A stretch of DNA of 63,530 nt, counting the filler, from Chrysochromulina tobinii (taxonomy: Eukaryota): the NCBI GenBank assembly GCA_001275005.1. It is 6 parts of 6 records of this genome, joined end to end, with 100 filler letters (N's around TTAATTAATTAA, not from the genome) between each part and the next. Parts side by side here need not be neighbours in the genome. Positions count along the whole stretch, not along the records: positions 12,002 to 26,602 come from JWZX01000194.1; positions 26,703 to 34,948 come from JWZX01000195.1; 4 more parts are not named here. One strand, given 5' to 3'. The translations under genes were made by a program, and so were the position numbers. Shown here one piece after another: positions 22,261 to 34,000 of this stretch. Within the stretch, counting starts at the first letter, position 1; every line of letters begins with the position of its first letter. The notes under the pieces were generated by a model. That model ran no database searches. It saw only the letters and a program-made list of their open reading frames with translations, and was not told the DNA's origin.

Positions 22261-25200
22261 CTAATCCTGCTCCGCTGTTTCCGCCGCCGCGCCACCGGGC
22301 ATATCAGCTGCGACGGTGATTGCCTCTGATTGCCTCCGATTGCCTCCCTAATCACCAGACAGATCAGCTGCGACGGTGATTGCCTCTGATTGCCTCCGAT
22401 TGCCTCCCTAATCACCAGGCAGATCAGCTGCGACGGTGATTGCCTCTGATTGCCTCCGATTGCCTCCCTCATCACCAGGCATATCAGCTGCGACGGTGAT
22501 TGCCTCTGATTGCCTCCGATTGCCTCCCTCATCACCAGGTATATCTGCTTCGACGGTGGTGACGCGAAGCTTGCGGCTGAAGCTACTGCGAAGCAGAAGG
22601 GTGATGTCACGCATGCTCCGGTTCTGCATGCTCCGCCTCTTGAAGATGTGTAGCTTGGTAGACCCATGCTTCTCGCTGTGATCTTGCCACTTGGCCTGCG
22701 TATCTAACCTTGCCTCTTCTGGGCCGACCGCGCCGACGAGCCTGTCCGTGATCCAAACGGCGCAATCAGAGGCAATCAGAGGCAATCAGAGGCAATCCGA
22801 GGCAATCCGAGGCAATCAGACGAGCCTGTCCGTGATCCGAACGGCGGAATCAGAGGCAATCAGAGGCAATCAGAGGCAATCAGAGGCAATCCGAGGCAAT
22901 CAGACGAGCCTGTCCGTGATCCGAACGGCGCAATCAGAGGCAATCAGAGGCAATCCGAGGCAATCCAAGGCAATCAGACGAGCCTGTCCGTGATCCGAAC
23001 GGCAGGTCGTCAGAGGTCATTAGAGGTCATTAGAGGTCATTAGAGGTCATTCACACCTGTCCGTGATCCGAACGGCGTAACGGCGGAAGTCGAGGAACCA
23101 ACGGCCAGCCAGGCCGACGTTGCCCTCAGCATCGGGCTTGGTGTAGCTGCGCAGGTATTCCCACAGCGGCGTTTCGAAGATGAAGGTGAGGACCACGGGC
23201 ACGGCGAGGAGCGCTGGGAGCAAGACTTGCATCACCGGATCCTCGGGGTAGGCGTTGGTCACCAAGGAGCTGACCAACGAGAAGAAGATGATGACCTGCG
23301 CCACCTGTGCGATCAAGTCGTCTTCATCTGAAACGTAGGGAGAGTAGACGCAGTAGGCGCCGTACGAAAGAAAGCAGATAATCAACCCGAAGATGAGCTG
23401 CGGCGGCGACCCCGGCGGGAAGAAGATGGGCAGCCCGATGAGAGCGATCTTGCGCACGCATTCAAAGATCTCGAACCAGTACGTGCGGAGCTCGTAGCCA
23501 GCGGTCAGCTTGCGCAGCGTCGTCGGAAGCTCGCCGCGTAGATTCTCGAGGGCTTTCATGGTTGCCTCGCGCGCTTCAATGGCCCTGCGCACCATCTCGT
23601 CCACCTTCTCGGGAGTGGCCTCCGCCTCAGCCTCGAGCTTCGCGAGCTTAAAGTCTGTCTCTTGGGTGAGCTCGATGAGGCGCATCTCGTGAAGCTGGTG
23701 GCGCGCACGGTGGAACATGAGCGCATAGAGGAGGGGCACGCCGATGGGGTAGACGCCGAGCATGACGACGGCGTACGCGGAAAAGGCCTGGTAGAGAGGC
23801 TCCTGGCGGTTGATGGAGCGGTCGGCTCGCATCAGGTCCACGAACACCTCCCCATCCCCTTCATACGTCTCGCGCATGAAGAACATGAAGGTCATGTTCG
23901 AGCAGCTTGGGTAGACGAGGAAGATGATGAAGAACCACAGATCCGAGCACGCTTCAGCGAGGAACGCCCCAAAGCCGCTACCGCCAGAGAATGTGCTCAG
24001 GGCTCTGCTCAGGAAGACTAGCAGCACCACAAGTATGATAGGCGTGGCCGTCTTCAGGACGAGATCGAAGATGAAATTATTTAGCTGCGGAACCATACAG
24101 CCAAACGGCAGCAAGTCGATAGGAATGTTGATGTTCTCGATGGCTGCGAGGACTGAAGTGTATAAGGGGGGATACCGGACATTGAAGATCACGCCCAGCT
24201 GCGAGACCACCTGGCATAGGGAGATCATAGGGAGATCATAGGGAGATCATAGGGAGATCATAGGGAGATCGCTGCGAGACCACCTGGCATAGCGAGATCA
24301 AGATCCGGAGCTTCACCCCGAGCGGTCCCATGATTGACGCGACCCTAGCGCCGGCCGCCTCCAACTTCGTCGGAGTTTTATCCGTTACTATCGATAGGTT
24401 CGGAGAGCACACCAAGATCTTCTCATTGCCTGTCGTCTCCATCTCGATATCCCAGAGGGAGGCCTCGGCATTCCACCGGATCACTTTCGCGTGTACGCCG
24501 TTCAGGTCCTTGCGTTGCTGCATGCCCTGTACAAGGACGCGACGCCCCACGATCGCCTGGGCCTCGGCCGTCGAGTGTGGGTCAGTCATCTCTTGGGGTG
24601 ACGCGGTTGCCCCTTTGACCTCGTCTTCATCCCCCACTTCCGCCGGCTTGCCTGTGACAGACGCAAGCACGCCCTTTGCGATCGTGGTCGCTCTGCGCTT
24701 GCAAACAGCCATGGCCACCAAAATAGCGATCAGAATCACCGCGCCGCCAATAGCGTAGGCGATGATGGTGGTCTCGGGGTCGCCCGCGTCGGAGCACAAT
24801 TGGCAGGGTGCTCCGCGACCGCCAAAGTGCAGCGGATCCTGCACGCAAAGGTCGCACACCGGCCCAGTGTGACCGTCCACGCACGACGTGTCGCCCGCGA
24901 TTTCGCCGCCGAGGCACGCCTCCTCGAGGTCGCACTTTCGAACGTACTGCGCCCTCGGGTTCTGCCGCCAGTGGCCCTCCATGACGGGGATGGTGTCGAG
25001 CGTGACGCCTGGCGCGGTGCAGTTGGTCATCTCACCTGATTCTGAATGAATCCCTTCGCAAGGTTTACACTCGAAGGAATCTGCGGCGACGCGGCTGCTG
25101 TCGTTGGTAGCCCGCATCATCTCAGCACGTGTCAGGCTGGCGAACGTGCCCACCTCACACACGCATTGAGAGATTGAGTCAGCGCCTTCCTGTACCGTGG

Positions 25201-26602
25201 TCGTCCCAGGCACAGGGCATTCGAGGCACTTCAGTCCTCGAGTGTCGCCCGTCCAGTCCTTGTACGCGCCAGTCTTGCACGCGTCGCAGCGCACGCCGCC
25301 GATGAGCTCGCGGCCGGGCGCACAGACACATCGGGCGTTGCCCGCGGCATCGAGCTGCTGAATGAAGGTCTCTTGGCACAGGCATTGGCTGACGTGGGAG
25401 GATGCGGTGCCGTTGGTGGTTGAGAACTCGGGGCAGCGCACGCAGGCTGTTTGGCTGTTGGCGTTTGTGTTTGGGTTGTAGAAACCCAGCTCGCACGCCA
25501 CCTCAAGCCCGGCAGTGCACCAGAAGCCCCTGGGGCACACGCGCTCTCGAATGACGGTCACGGTCTGCTGGACCACGGTTGCGGTGGGTGCCACGAGGGC
25601 GGCCACAGACACACCGAGAGCGGCGCCGAGGACTGCGGGGTCGAGGTTGTTGAGAGCAAAGGATGGGGCCACGACGGGTGGGCCGCTCGTGGTGACGTTG
25701 CTCGTGGTGGCGTTGCTGGAATTGGTGCCCGGGCGCGGAGCGGTCGGATTCGTGGTCACCGTCCGAATGATGGTGTACGTGAGGACGGTGGAGCCAATCT
25801 GAAGCCGACGCCCAGCAGACGGCGGAGCCGCCGAAAAGTCGAGTTGCAGGTCCTGCCACGGAATGCCGAGCTGCGCGGCGAGGGTCTGACGATACTGGAG
25901 CTGCAGGGCCGTGTCGTTCAAGAAGGACGAGAGTGGCGCGTTGAGCGAGATAGAGCCCGTGATCGTCTCGACCGTCTGCGTCTCAACCGCGACCACCGGG
26001 GTCAACCCGCCCGATGGGAGAATGAGGGGCTGAGAGCCGGACGTATTGACGTCGTTGAAGTACCCAGGGCACGAGAAGCCCGAGGGGCACGGGATGGGAA
26101 ACACGCTCCCGGTCGGAGCCCAATAGCCAAAGCCGACTGGCACGCAGCCGTCTGCGGACTCGAGACCCGTCCGGTTGTTGAACTTACCGCCAGGGCACGG
26201 CACAGGGGTGGCGGCGCCCTCGGCGCAGTAGTAGCCCGGCGTGCACGGGCTGCACGACGTTTGACCAGCCAGCATTTGGAAGGAGCCCGGTGCACACTTC
26301 AGGCACGTCTCCTGCCGCGACCGGTTGTTGTACGTGCCCGGAGCACACGGCACCGCCACGGCCGAGCCCACAGAGCACGATGTGCCGACCGGGCAGGCGA
26401 CGCACTGATCGACGGACATCATCACACTCAGCGAGGCGTTCTTGTGCGTGCCGCCTGGGCACGGCAGCGCGGCCGCCGCGCCCTCGGCGCAGTAGTAGCC
26501 CGGCGTGCACGGGTTGCACGACGTTTGACCAGCCAGCTCTTGGAAGGAGCCCGCTGCACACTTGAGGCACGTCTCCTGCCGCGACCGGTTGTTGTACGTG
26601 CC
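22261..26602 (-). CDS. Cys-rich (GCC2/GCC3, ephrin-receptor-like repeats) multi-pass membrane protein, 5' truncated; introns 24211-24283 and 22742-23056; 3' end uncertain (22408 or 22261)
   Basis: Repeats CPxGxxC...CAPGTYN...CTPGYYC, then a TM region typical of this algal family (LRILISLCQVVSQL, YPIGVPLLY, YELRTYWFEIFECVRK, PYVSDEDD). Confidence 0.82.
22300..22558. repeat. 60-nt tandem repeat x4 (exon-derived segment plus GATTGCCTC units)
   Basis: ATCAGCTGCGACGGTGATTGCCTCTGATTGCCTCCGATTGCCTCCCTMATCACCAG repeats line by line. Confidence 0.95.
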
Positions 26603-26702
26603 NNNNNNNNNNNNNNNNNNNNNNNNNNNNNNNNNNNNNNNNNNNNTTAATTAATTAANNNNNNNNNNNNNNNNNNNNNNNNNNNNNNNNNNNNNNNNNN
26701 NN
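26603..26702. other. Artificial contig spacer
   Basis: N44-TTAATTAATTAA-N44. Confidence 0.99.
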
Positions 26703-29700
26703 GCATACGCGCGCTGAACCAGCCCGTCTCTGGGCCAGAGCTGATCACCGAGACCACCGTCGCAGGTCGCCAGAGCGTCGCCCCCTCCTCCTCGACCTCA
26801 ATCTCGACACGATCTCCCTCGCGCGGCCACCGCCACCCCGCGGGCGGCGGCGGCGGCAGCGGCAGCGGCGGCGGAAGCGGCGGCGGCGGCGGCTCATCCT
26901 GCGAGGCGCTCGCATTCGAAGCGCTCGCAAGCGAGGCGCTCGCATTCGAAGCGCTCGCATTCGAAGCGCTCGCATTCGGATTCTTGCCTCTAGGCGCTGG
27001 AAAGGACTCAAAGTCTTCGTCGGATGCCTCGGGCCTCAATCGTCCCTTGGCCGCCGCCTTGAGCTCACCCCTTTTGGCAATAGGAGAGGGCTTGGCGAGG
27101 GAGCCTTCCTTATTAGGAGAACCTTCCTTCTTTGGAGAGCTTCCCTTGGGAGCCGAGCAAGGCGCCGAGCCTGCATGCATGCATGCATTCGGTCCACCAA
27201 ATTTGGGCTGCGGCGCCGAGCATGCATGCCGCCGCACATTCGGTCCACCGAATTTGGGCTTATCGAGGCAATTAACGCATTGGCCGCAGTCGTCGAAGTG
27301 CTCTCGTCGTTCCGCGGCGCGCGCGCGCGCTTTGGCTGCCTTAGCCGCCTTGTCCACCTCAGCCTCGGCGGCGGCTTCCGTGACTGTCTTCTTGGCGAGA
27401 GAGCCTTCCTTATTAGGAGAGCCTTCCGTGACTGTCTTCTTGGCGACTGCCTTCTTGGTCGCCTTTCGGTCCGACGCCGCCTCCTCTGCCGCTGCCTCCG
27501 CCTCGGCCGCCTCGGCCGCCTCGGCCGTCTCCGACGCGGTCGCGCTCAGCTTGCGCTTGCCGCCGGTGCGTCGCCAGTCCTTGCCCTCCTCTTGCCACGT
27601 GAACCAGTCGACCCACTCGTTGTCGTGGAGCATACGCGCGCTGAACCAGCCCGTCTCTGGCCCAGAGCTGATCACCGAGACCACCGTCGCAGGTCGCCAG
27701 AGCGTCGCCCCCTCCTCCTCGACCTCAATCTCGACGCGATCTCCCTCGCGCGGCCACCTCCATCCCGCGGGCGGCGGCGGCGGCTGCGGCAGCAGCGGCG
27801 GCGGAGGCTCATCCTGCGAAGCGCTCGCGTTCGGATTCTTGCCACTAGGCGCTGCTGCTGTCTGTCTGGCCGCATCGCCCACGACAGCGCCATCCGCCGC
27901 CGCCTCCGACGCAGTCGCGCTCAGCTTGCGCTTGCCGCCGGTGCGTCGCCAGTCCTTGCCCTCCTCTTGCCACGTGAACCAGTCGACCCACTCGTTGTCG
28001 TGGAGCATACGCGCGCTGAACCAGCCCGTCTCTGGGCCAGAGCTGATCACCGAGACCACCGTCGCAGGTCGCCAGAGCGTCGCCCCCTCCTCGACCTCAA
28101 TCTCGACGCGATCTCCCTCGCGCGGCCACCGCCACCCCGGCGGCGGCGGCGGCGGCAGCAGCGGCGGCAGCGGCGGCAGCGGCGGCGGAGGCTCATCCTG
28201 CGAAGCGCTCGCGTTCGCATTCTTGCCACTAGGCGCTGGAAACGACTCAAAGTCTTCGTCGGACGCCCCCGCCCCCCCCTTTTTGGCTGCCACCTTTTTG
28301 GGCGAGCTTCCCTCATCAGGAGAGCCTCCCTTAGGAGGGCTCTCAGGCGCCGCATCTGCAGCCCTCATAAGGGAGGCTCTGATGAGGTTCTGATGAGGCG
28401 CCTCATCAGCATCCCGCGGTGGCACGTCCGATAGCCTTTCGTCGGTGACGGGATAGAGCTGGGCGGCGAGCTGGGCGGCGCGCTGGGCGGCGAGCTGGGC
28501 GGCGCGCTCCTCGGCCGTCTTGGCGGCACGCGCCGCCTCTTTGGCCGCCCGCTTCGCCTCAGCCGCCGCCGCCTTGTCCGCCGCCGTGGCCTCCGCCCCC
28601 TTGGCCTCGCGCTTGGCGGGAGCGGCCTGCAGTTCAAAATGGCGCGCGATCTCGACGCGAGATCGGAAGCGCTTTCCCTGCGCAGGTGGGGGCAGGGTGG
28701 GGCGGCTGAGGGCTCAAACACTGGCCTGCAGGGCTGTGAATATGAATAGGCTGTGCGCGCGAGGGCTGTGCGCACGATGGGATGGCGCCGCGCTCCCGCT
28801 CACCTGCGTGTTGAAGAAGTACGAGTCATAGGTGCCTGCAGTGGCGCCATTTTTGCGGAATTCGGTTTTGGTGTACCAGCCCGTGATCATCTCCGCCGAG
28901 CCGCCGCAGTGCTCGAGGTACTTGGCCAGTGACGCGAGGAGCTTTTCGGAGCTTTCGGGCGAGTCCGCATCAGCGGGGTCGAAGGAGGTACGCCGCTTCT
29001 TGGGCGGCTTCTCGGCGGAGGCGGACACAGTTGCCTCCACAGTCGCCTCCACGGCCGCCTCCACGGTCGCCTCCACAGTCGCTTTCTCAGTCGCTTTCTC
29101 AGTCGCCTCCACCGTGCTTGACTCTGGCGCTGCAGAGGGTGCAGTGAGCGCTGCAGAGAGCGTGCCGGCTCGGACCGCCGCAGCTGTTGCAATGAAGGAG
29201 GTGGCCGGCGCAGAGTAGGTCTGATAGATCTCCGGTAGCTGATAGATCTCCGGCAGGGGCGGGAAACTGACGTGTGGGCCGTTGTACGGCCTCACGAACT
29301 TGGGCGGCACCCGCTCCTCGATGCAACCGTTCACATACTCAATGTCGACTTTGCCGCCCGGATGACACGCGGTTATGCGACCGATACTCCAGCTCGTCGC
29401 CTGCGCACCCTGTTGCGCGAGGCTACACGCCTCCACGATGGTACCACGCTGCAGCGCCACCATGCTCGCCGCCATGAGGCACACACCTGTTGGTTGCGAC
29501 GAGTCTGGCTTGGAGCGTTTGCTTCGCCTTTCGTCTTCGGGGAATTGGTGGAGGCCGCGATGCATATCTGGCAAGGTACAGCCATAGGTGCCACAGAGAT
29601 CTACCCTCCTCGTCATGGGCTTGTCGCCGCCATCTTTGAAGTCGGGGAGGAGCACAGAGCGCAGAGGAATAGGTGCGTCAGCGCTCAGGTCGGCAATGAT

Positions 29701-29754
29701 AGGGTGGAGCGCTCGGGCGAGGCTGCGCCGCTGCTCGCGTGCGGCTGGAATCAC
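26703..29754 (-). CDS. Chromatin reader: Tudor-like + methyl-CpG-binding domain + repeated Tudor/Agenet-like domains + CXXC zinc finger; intron 28678-28803; 3' truncated; start uncertain (first in-frame ATG at 29616)
   Basis: Spliced MBD GWYTKTEFRKNGATAGTYDSYFFNTQ|GKRFRSRVEIARHF, CXXC DCGQCVNCLDKPKFGGPNVRRHAC and three copies of WPREGDRVEIEV...WRPATVV. Confidence 0.8.
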
Positions 29755-30020
29755 GACTCACCCATGCTCGATCCGTGTCGCACAAAGCAAGAACCACACA
29801 AATGAGGCGCGCGCGCGCGCGCGCTCCCCGGAGACTGCTGCGCAGGGAGAGATCGAGGCAAAAAAGCCGGGCATGTCAAGTCATGTCAAGTTTGAGGCAT
29901 CTTTTGAGGCTACAAGTATTTGGAGGGGAAACTACAAGTTCTCTTCTGTTCAAAAGCATCGGATCATCCTTCTGCTCCAAGTTAAATTCCTCAGAAGTTG
30001 ACGAATCATGTACATTGGCT

Positions 30021-30892
30021 ATGAGGGAGTTGAGTTCCTTCCATGGATGGCGTCGGAGCGGCCTACCTCCACGAAGCTCAAGGCAGCGTTGCTGTGCCTA
30101 TGTCGATCCGCTCGTTGCCTGCCGAAGCTGGGTTGAGCGTGTTGTGATCGGGCTCACCCTGTGCCCATGGGCGCGCCCTGTCCAACCAAGTATTCACTTT
30201 GTGCAGACCGAGGCCCCGAATCGCGAGGGGGTCTATCTCGCACTCTACGATGAGCTCCAGAACCTTGCGAGTGGCACCCCACCCGAGGTGCCGGAGACCA
30301 CTATCCTTGTAGCACCTAATGCTTTCAAGGATGACTTCCTCGAGTTGTGCGCCACGGCTCTACTCAAACCCTCCCTAGGCACAGATCTCCGCATTCGCTC
30401 ACTTTTACTTCGTGCTGCATATACGCCTTGTGCTGCAGCCATGCGCTGGTCGTCGACTTTGAGGACTTTCTCGAGGAGACGGCGCTCGAGTTCCAGGTGG
30501 TGGGCTTCCACCCGCACCACGTCTTTGGTGGCGAGGACCCCTCGGACCCCGGTAACTTTGTGAACAGGTCACCACACCCGATGGTTCACATCCTGCGCCA
30601 GGCGAGCATCACGGACGCGGTGGAGGCCAACCCAAAATTAGCCGGCAGCGTCCCGAGCACGAACCAGGCACTTCTTCGGTCTCTGCACGCAGTGTTTTCG
30701 AGCCGGACCGAGCAGGCGCACAAGGGCCTGCGGCAGTCGGGAGCGCGGCTCGCCTCCCGCGTCGACCACGAGGCGATCGCCGCTTGGATTTCGCGAGGAG
30801 GCGACGAGGAGCAGCGAGCGATGTCGTTCACCGATTTCCTGCAGCTAGCGGGTGTCCAAGGGCTGCTGGAGCCCCCGCTGGAGCCTCGATGA
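30021..30892 (+). CDS. DUF1415 family protein; intron 30347-30438
   Basis: WVERVVIGLTLCPWA, PETTILV and FQVVGFHP...NFVNRSPHPMVHILR. Confidence 0.85.
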
Positions 30893-31071
30893 CAGCCATG
30901 GCCCATGCAGGGACGATCGGTGCTGCAGTTGGCTGTGTGTTCGCGGATTCAAAGCGCTGCTTCGGTGGTAAAGCGAAATACAGGAGAAGCGCACGGTACC
31001 TGTACACATGAATGAAAGTGATTTTAAAGATAGTGCTTATGACGGCGCTTCCAATTTGGATTCTCACATAT

Positions 31072-34000
31072 ATGGTTGACTCAGTCATCACTCCCACGCA
31101 CTGGGCCGACAGCGTCGGGCTTGAGGGCGAAGATCGCCGCCGTTTCGAGCGCGAGCGGGCCCGGCAACTCGCGGCTGCCCTGCGCGCGAGCTATTCGGCC
31201 GAGGAGCCGTGCGCTTGGCTCCGAAGGGACCGTGTGCTGCTCTCAGTCAACCCTGGCCGGCCGCTGCCAGGCCTGCACGGCGACCGCTCATGTACGCAGC
31301 TGCTCCAGCTCGCCGTGTGGCGCGCTCATGCGCAGCGTGGCAAAGAGTCGCCAGCGCACCCCTTTGCTCTCGGCGAGGCGGCGGCGCAGCGGGCAGCGGA
31401 TGGTGGCAAGGCGTGCGTGTGCGTAGTTGGCGAGAGCGGCTCGGGCAAGAGCGAGGTGGCGAAACTCGTGCTGCTGCACCTGCTCGATTTGCCGCCCAAT
31501 GTTATGCACACGTACGCCGACCCCGACGCGGAAGCCGTCCGTGCGGGCGCCTCGGCTCACCGTGCGATCGGCGTTGCCGTCGTGCTCTCGCGAGGTCTCC
31601 TGGAGAGCTTCACACACGCGGCGACGCCGGCGAACCCGAACTCGAGCCGGCTCGTGCTCGCAACGCAGCTTTGGTTCAGCCCGGGCGCTTTCCTGGTCGG
31701 CGCGCGCTATCAGATGACGCTGCTCCAGGCGATGCTTGCCGGCCGTCCGCCCTCGCGCGCTCACTCGAACTTTCACGTGCTCCATGCGGCGGCGCTCTCG
31801 GCGAGCACCGACGAGCTCGGAGGCGTCGTGCCGAGCGAGCTGCGGCTGCTCGGCGGTGGTGGCGCCGGCGACGATGGCGACGATGGCGCTGGTGGCCCTC
31901 CTGCGTCCGCACGCGGCCGTCGGTTTGACGAGCTCAGCGCGGCGCTTGCGGCGCTCGGTATGGGAGCGACGTCGGTGCGCCGTCTGCGTGAGGTGCTGCT
32001 GGGGATGCTACTGCTAGGGCAGCTGGACACATGCCACCTGAGCCGCATCGGTGCCAACGGCGAGCCACCGCCCGCACCGAGCGTTGCCGAGGCGCGTGTG
32101 AAGCGCCGGTGTGAAGAGCTCATTGGCGACGGGTGCGACGTGCGGGATCTGATCCCTAGCGCTGTCCCTAGCGCTGTCCCGGGAGGCGGCGGTCGGCCGT
32201 CCCACCTCGCCGCCTTCACCGCTGACGAACGCGAGCGCATGCGCGCCCGTCTGATTTCCCGAGCGTACGAGCTGCTCGTGGTTGGTCTCGTGCATTGGCT
32301 GAATGGGGCGCTCGCGATGGTGGCTGCGCAGAGCCTCACTGACGAGTGGGCAGGCGGCAGCGGCGGTGGCGGTGCGCGCCGGCCCGCGATGGACGTGGCG
32401 TCGCTCGGCTCGGTCACTCTCCTCGACACTCCGGGACTCGAGGCGCTCGACACAGCGCCTTTTGGGCGGCGATCGGAGCGCCTTCCGAGCGCCGTGCCGA
32501 GCGCCGTGCCGAGCGCCGTGCCGAGCACCGGTACGTACGCCACGCTCATCGCCAATTACGCGGCAGAGCGGCTGCGCTTGGCCCTGCTCGGGGCGCTGCT
32601 GCCGCCCGCCGACACAGCGCTCAAGATGGACGAGGGCCTGGCCGTGGCCCTCAGCGGTGCCGATGCCGATGGAAGCACCAACGGAGGCGACGACGGTGGG
32701 CTCACGAACGGCATGGAGAGCTTGTTCACAGCGCTGCACACAGCGCCGGAGGGGCCGTCGACGGAGGCGGTGGAGGCGGCGCGTGTGTTTGCGCCTCTCA
32801 CCCCTTGGCTCTCCTCCGCCATCCCCGCCGCCGCCATCCCCACCGCCCAGCCCACCGCCTCCGCGCATGCTCGGGACGGCGCTCGCCCGCCGAGCGCCAT
32901 GCTGAGCGCCAAGTTCACCGTGGCTCACTACGCAGGCTTGGTCACGTACGACGCCGCTCAGATGCCCTTGCGCGCGCCGGCGGGCCAGGCTTCGCACGGT
33001 CTACGCCAGCACGAGCTCGATGCGTCCGTGCTCCTCGCCACCATCCAGCGACAGATCCACACAATCCTCGAGCCGCCCAGACCAGCCGCCGCCGCCGCGC
33101 GCGCTGGTGCCAAGGCCCAGCCTGGCCCGCCGCTGCTCAATGGGCTGGTTGTCGCACCCGAAGAAGTGGTCACTGCGGTCGATTCGATTGCCGACGTCCT
33201 TGAGAAGGGCACAGACGTCTCCTACATCCTGTGCCTCCGCCCGAGTGCGCGCGAGGCGCTCGCTGAGCTGCCGCCGCAACGGGCGAACGGAGGGTCGAAC
33301 GATCTGGACGCGTTGGCAACGCGCTGGGATGATGAGTGCATCAAGCGCCAGTTGGAGTCCTTTCGTGTCCTGGAGGGCGTCTTGAGTGCTGCGCGTCCAG
33401 ATGTGAGCTGTCGGCTGCCGTACGATGCCCTTGCCGCGCTGCTCGGCGACGGCCGCGGAGGCAGCGCGGGGCACGCTGGCGTTCGCAACGGGGCGCTCGC
33501 GGACCTGTCGATACAGCATTCGATGCTGCTGCTGCTGCTTGCATGCGGCGCGCCGCTTGCGGCGATTTCGGTAGGGGACGAGTGGGCGGCGTTGGGCGAC
33601 GGTGCCCCGGCGCGTCGTGCGCGCCGGTTGCTCTTGCACGGCAAGCCGGCCCTCGTGCGCTCGTTGGTGGAACAGTGCGAGCAAGCGCAGCGTGAGCCAA
33701 TGGCCACCCCTCCGATCCGGAGCAGAGGGGGCGGCAGCAGGGCTAGAGGCTTGCCTCCAAATGCATTACTCGAGGCGCTCTTGCAGCAGGTGGACGCGGT
33801 GGCCCCGTGCACTAACCCTCACCCTCACCCTCACCCTTACCCTCACCCTTCACCCTTACGTTTCCCCACAGGTGGACGTGGTGGCCGGGGATGATGGCGA
33901 GATCGCCTCCACCGTGAAGGGCACCACCGCCCCTGGTTGGGCAACCACGCCATGGCCGCATCGGGTGCTCTCCACACGCGACACGCCGGTGTGCGGGCGA

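Noticed and set aside
21812..22329. Poly-Ala/Cys/Leu ORFs on the plus strand
   Set aside because: Translations of (GCT)n and 18-nt repeats with no domain evidence.
33811..33858. Telomere-like repeat as a chromosome end
   Set aside because: Short, degenerate and inside a GT-AG intron in mid-contig.
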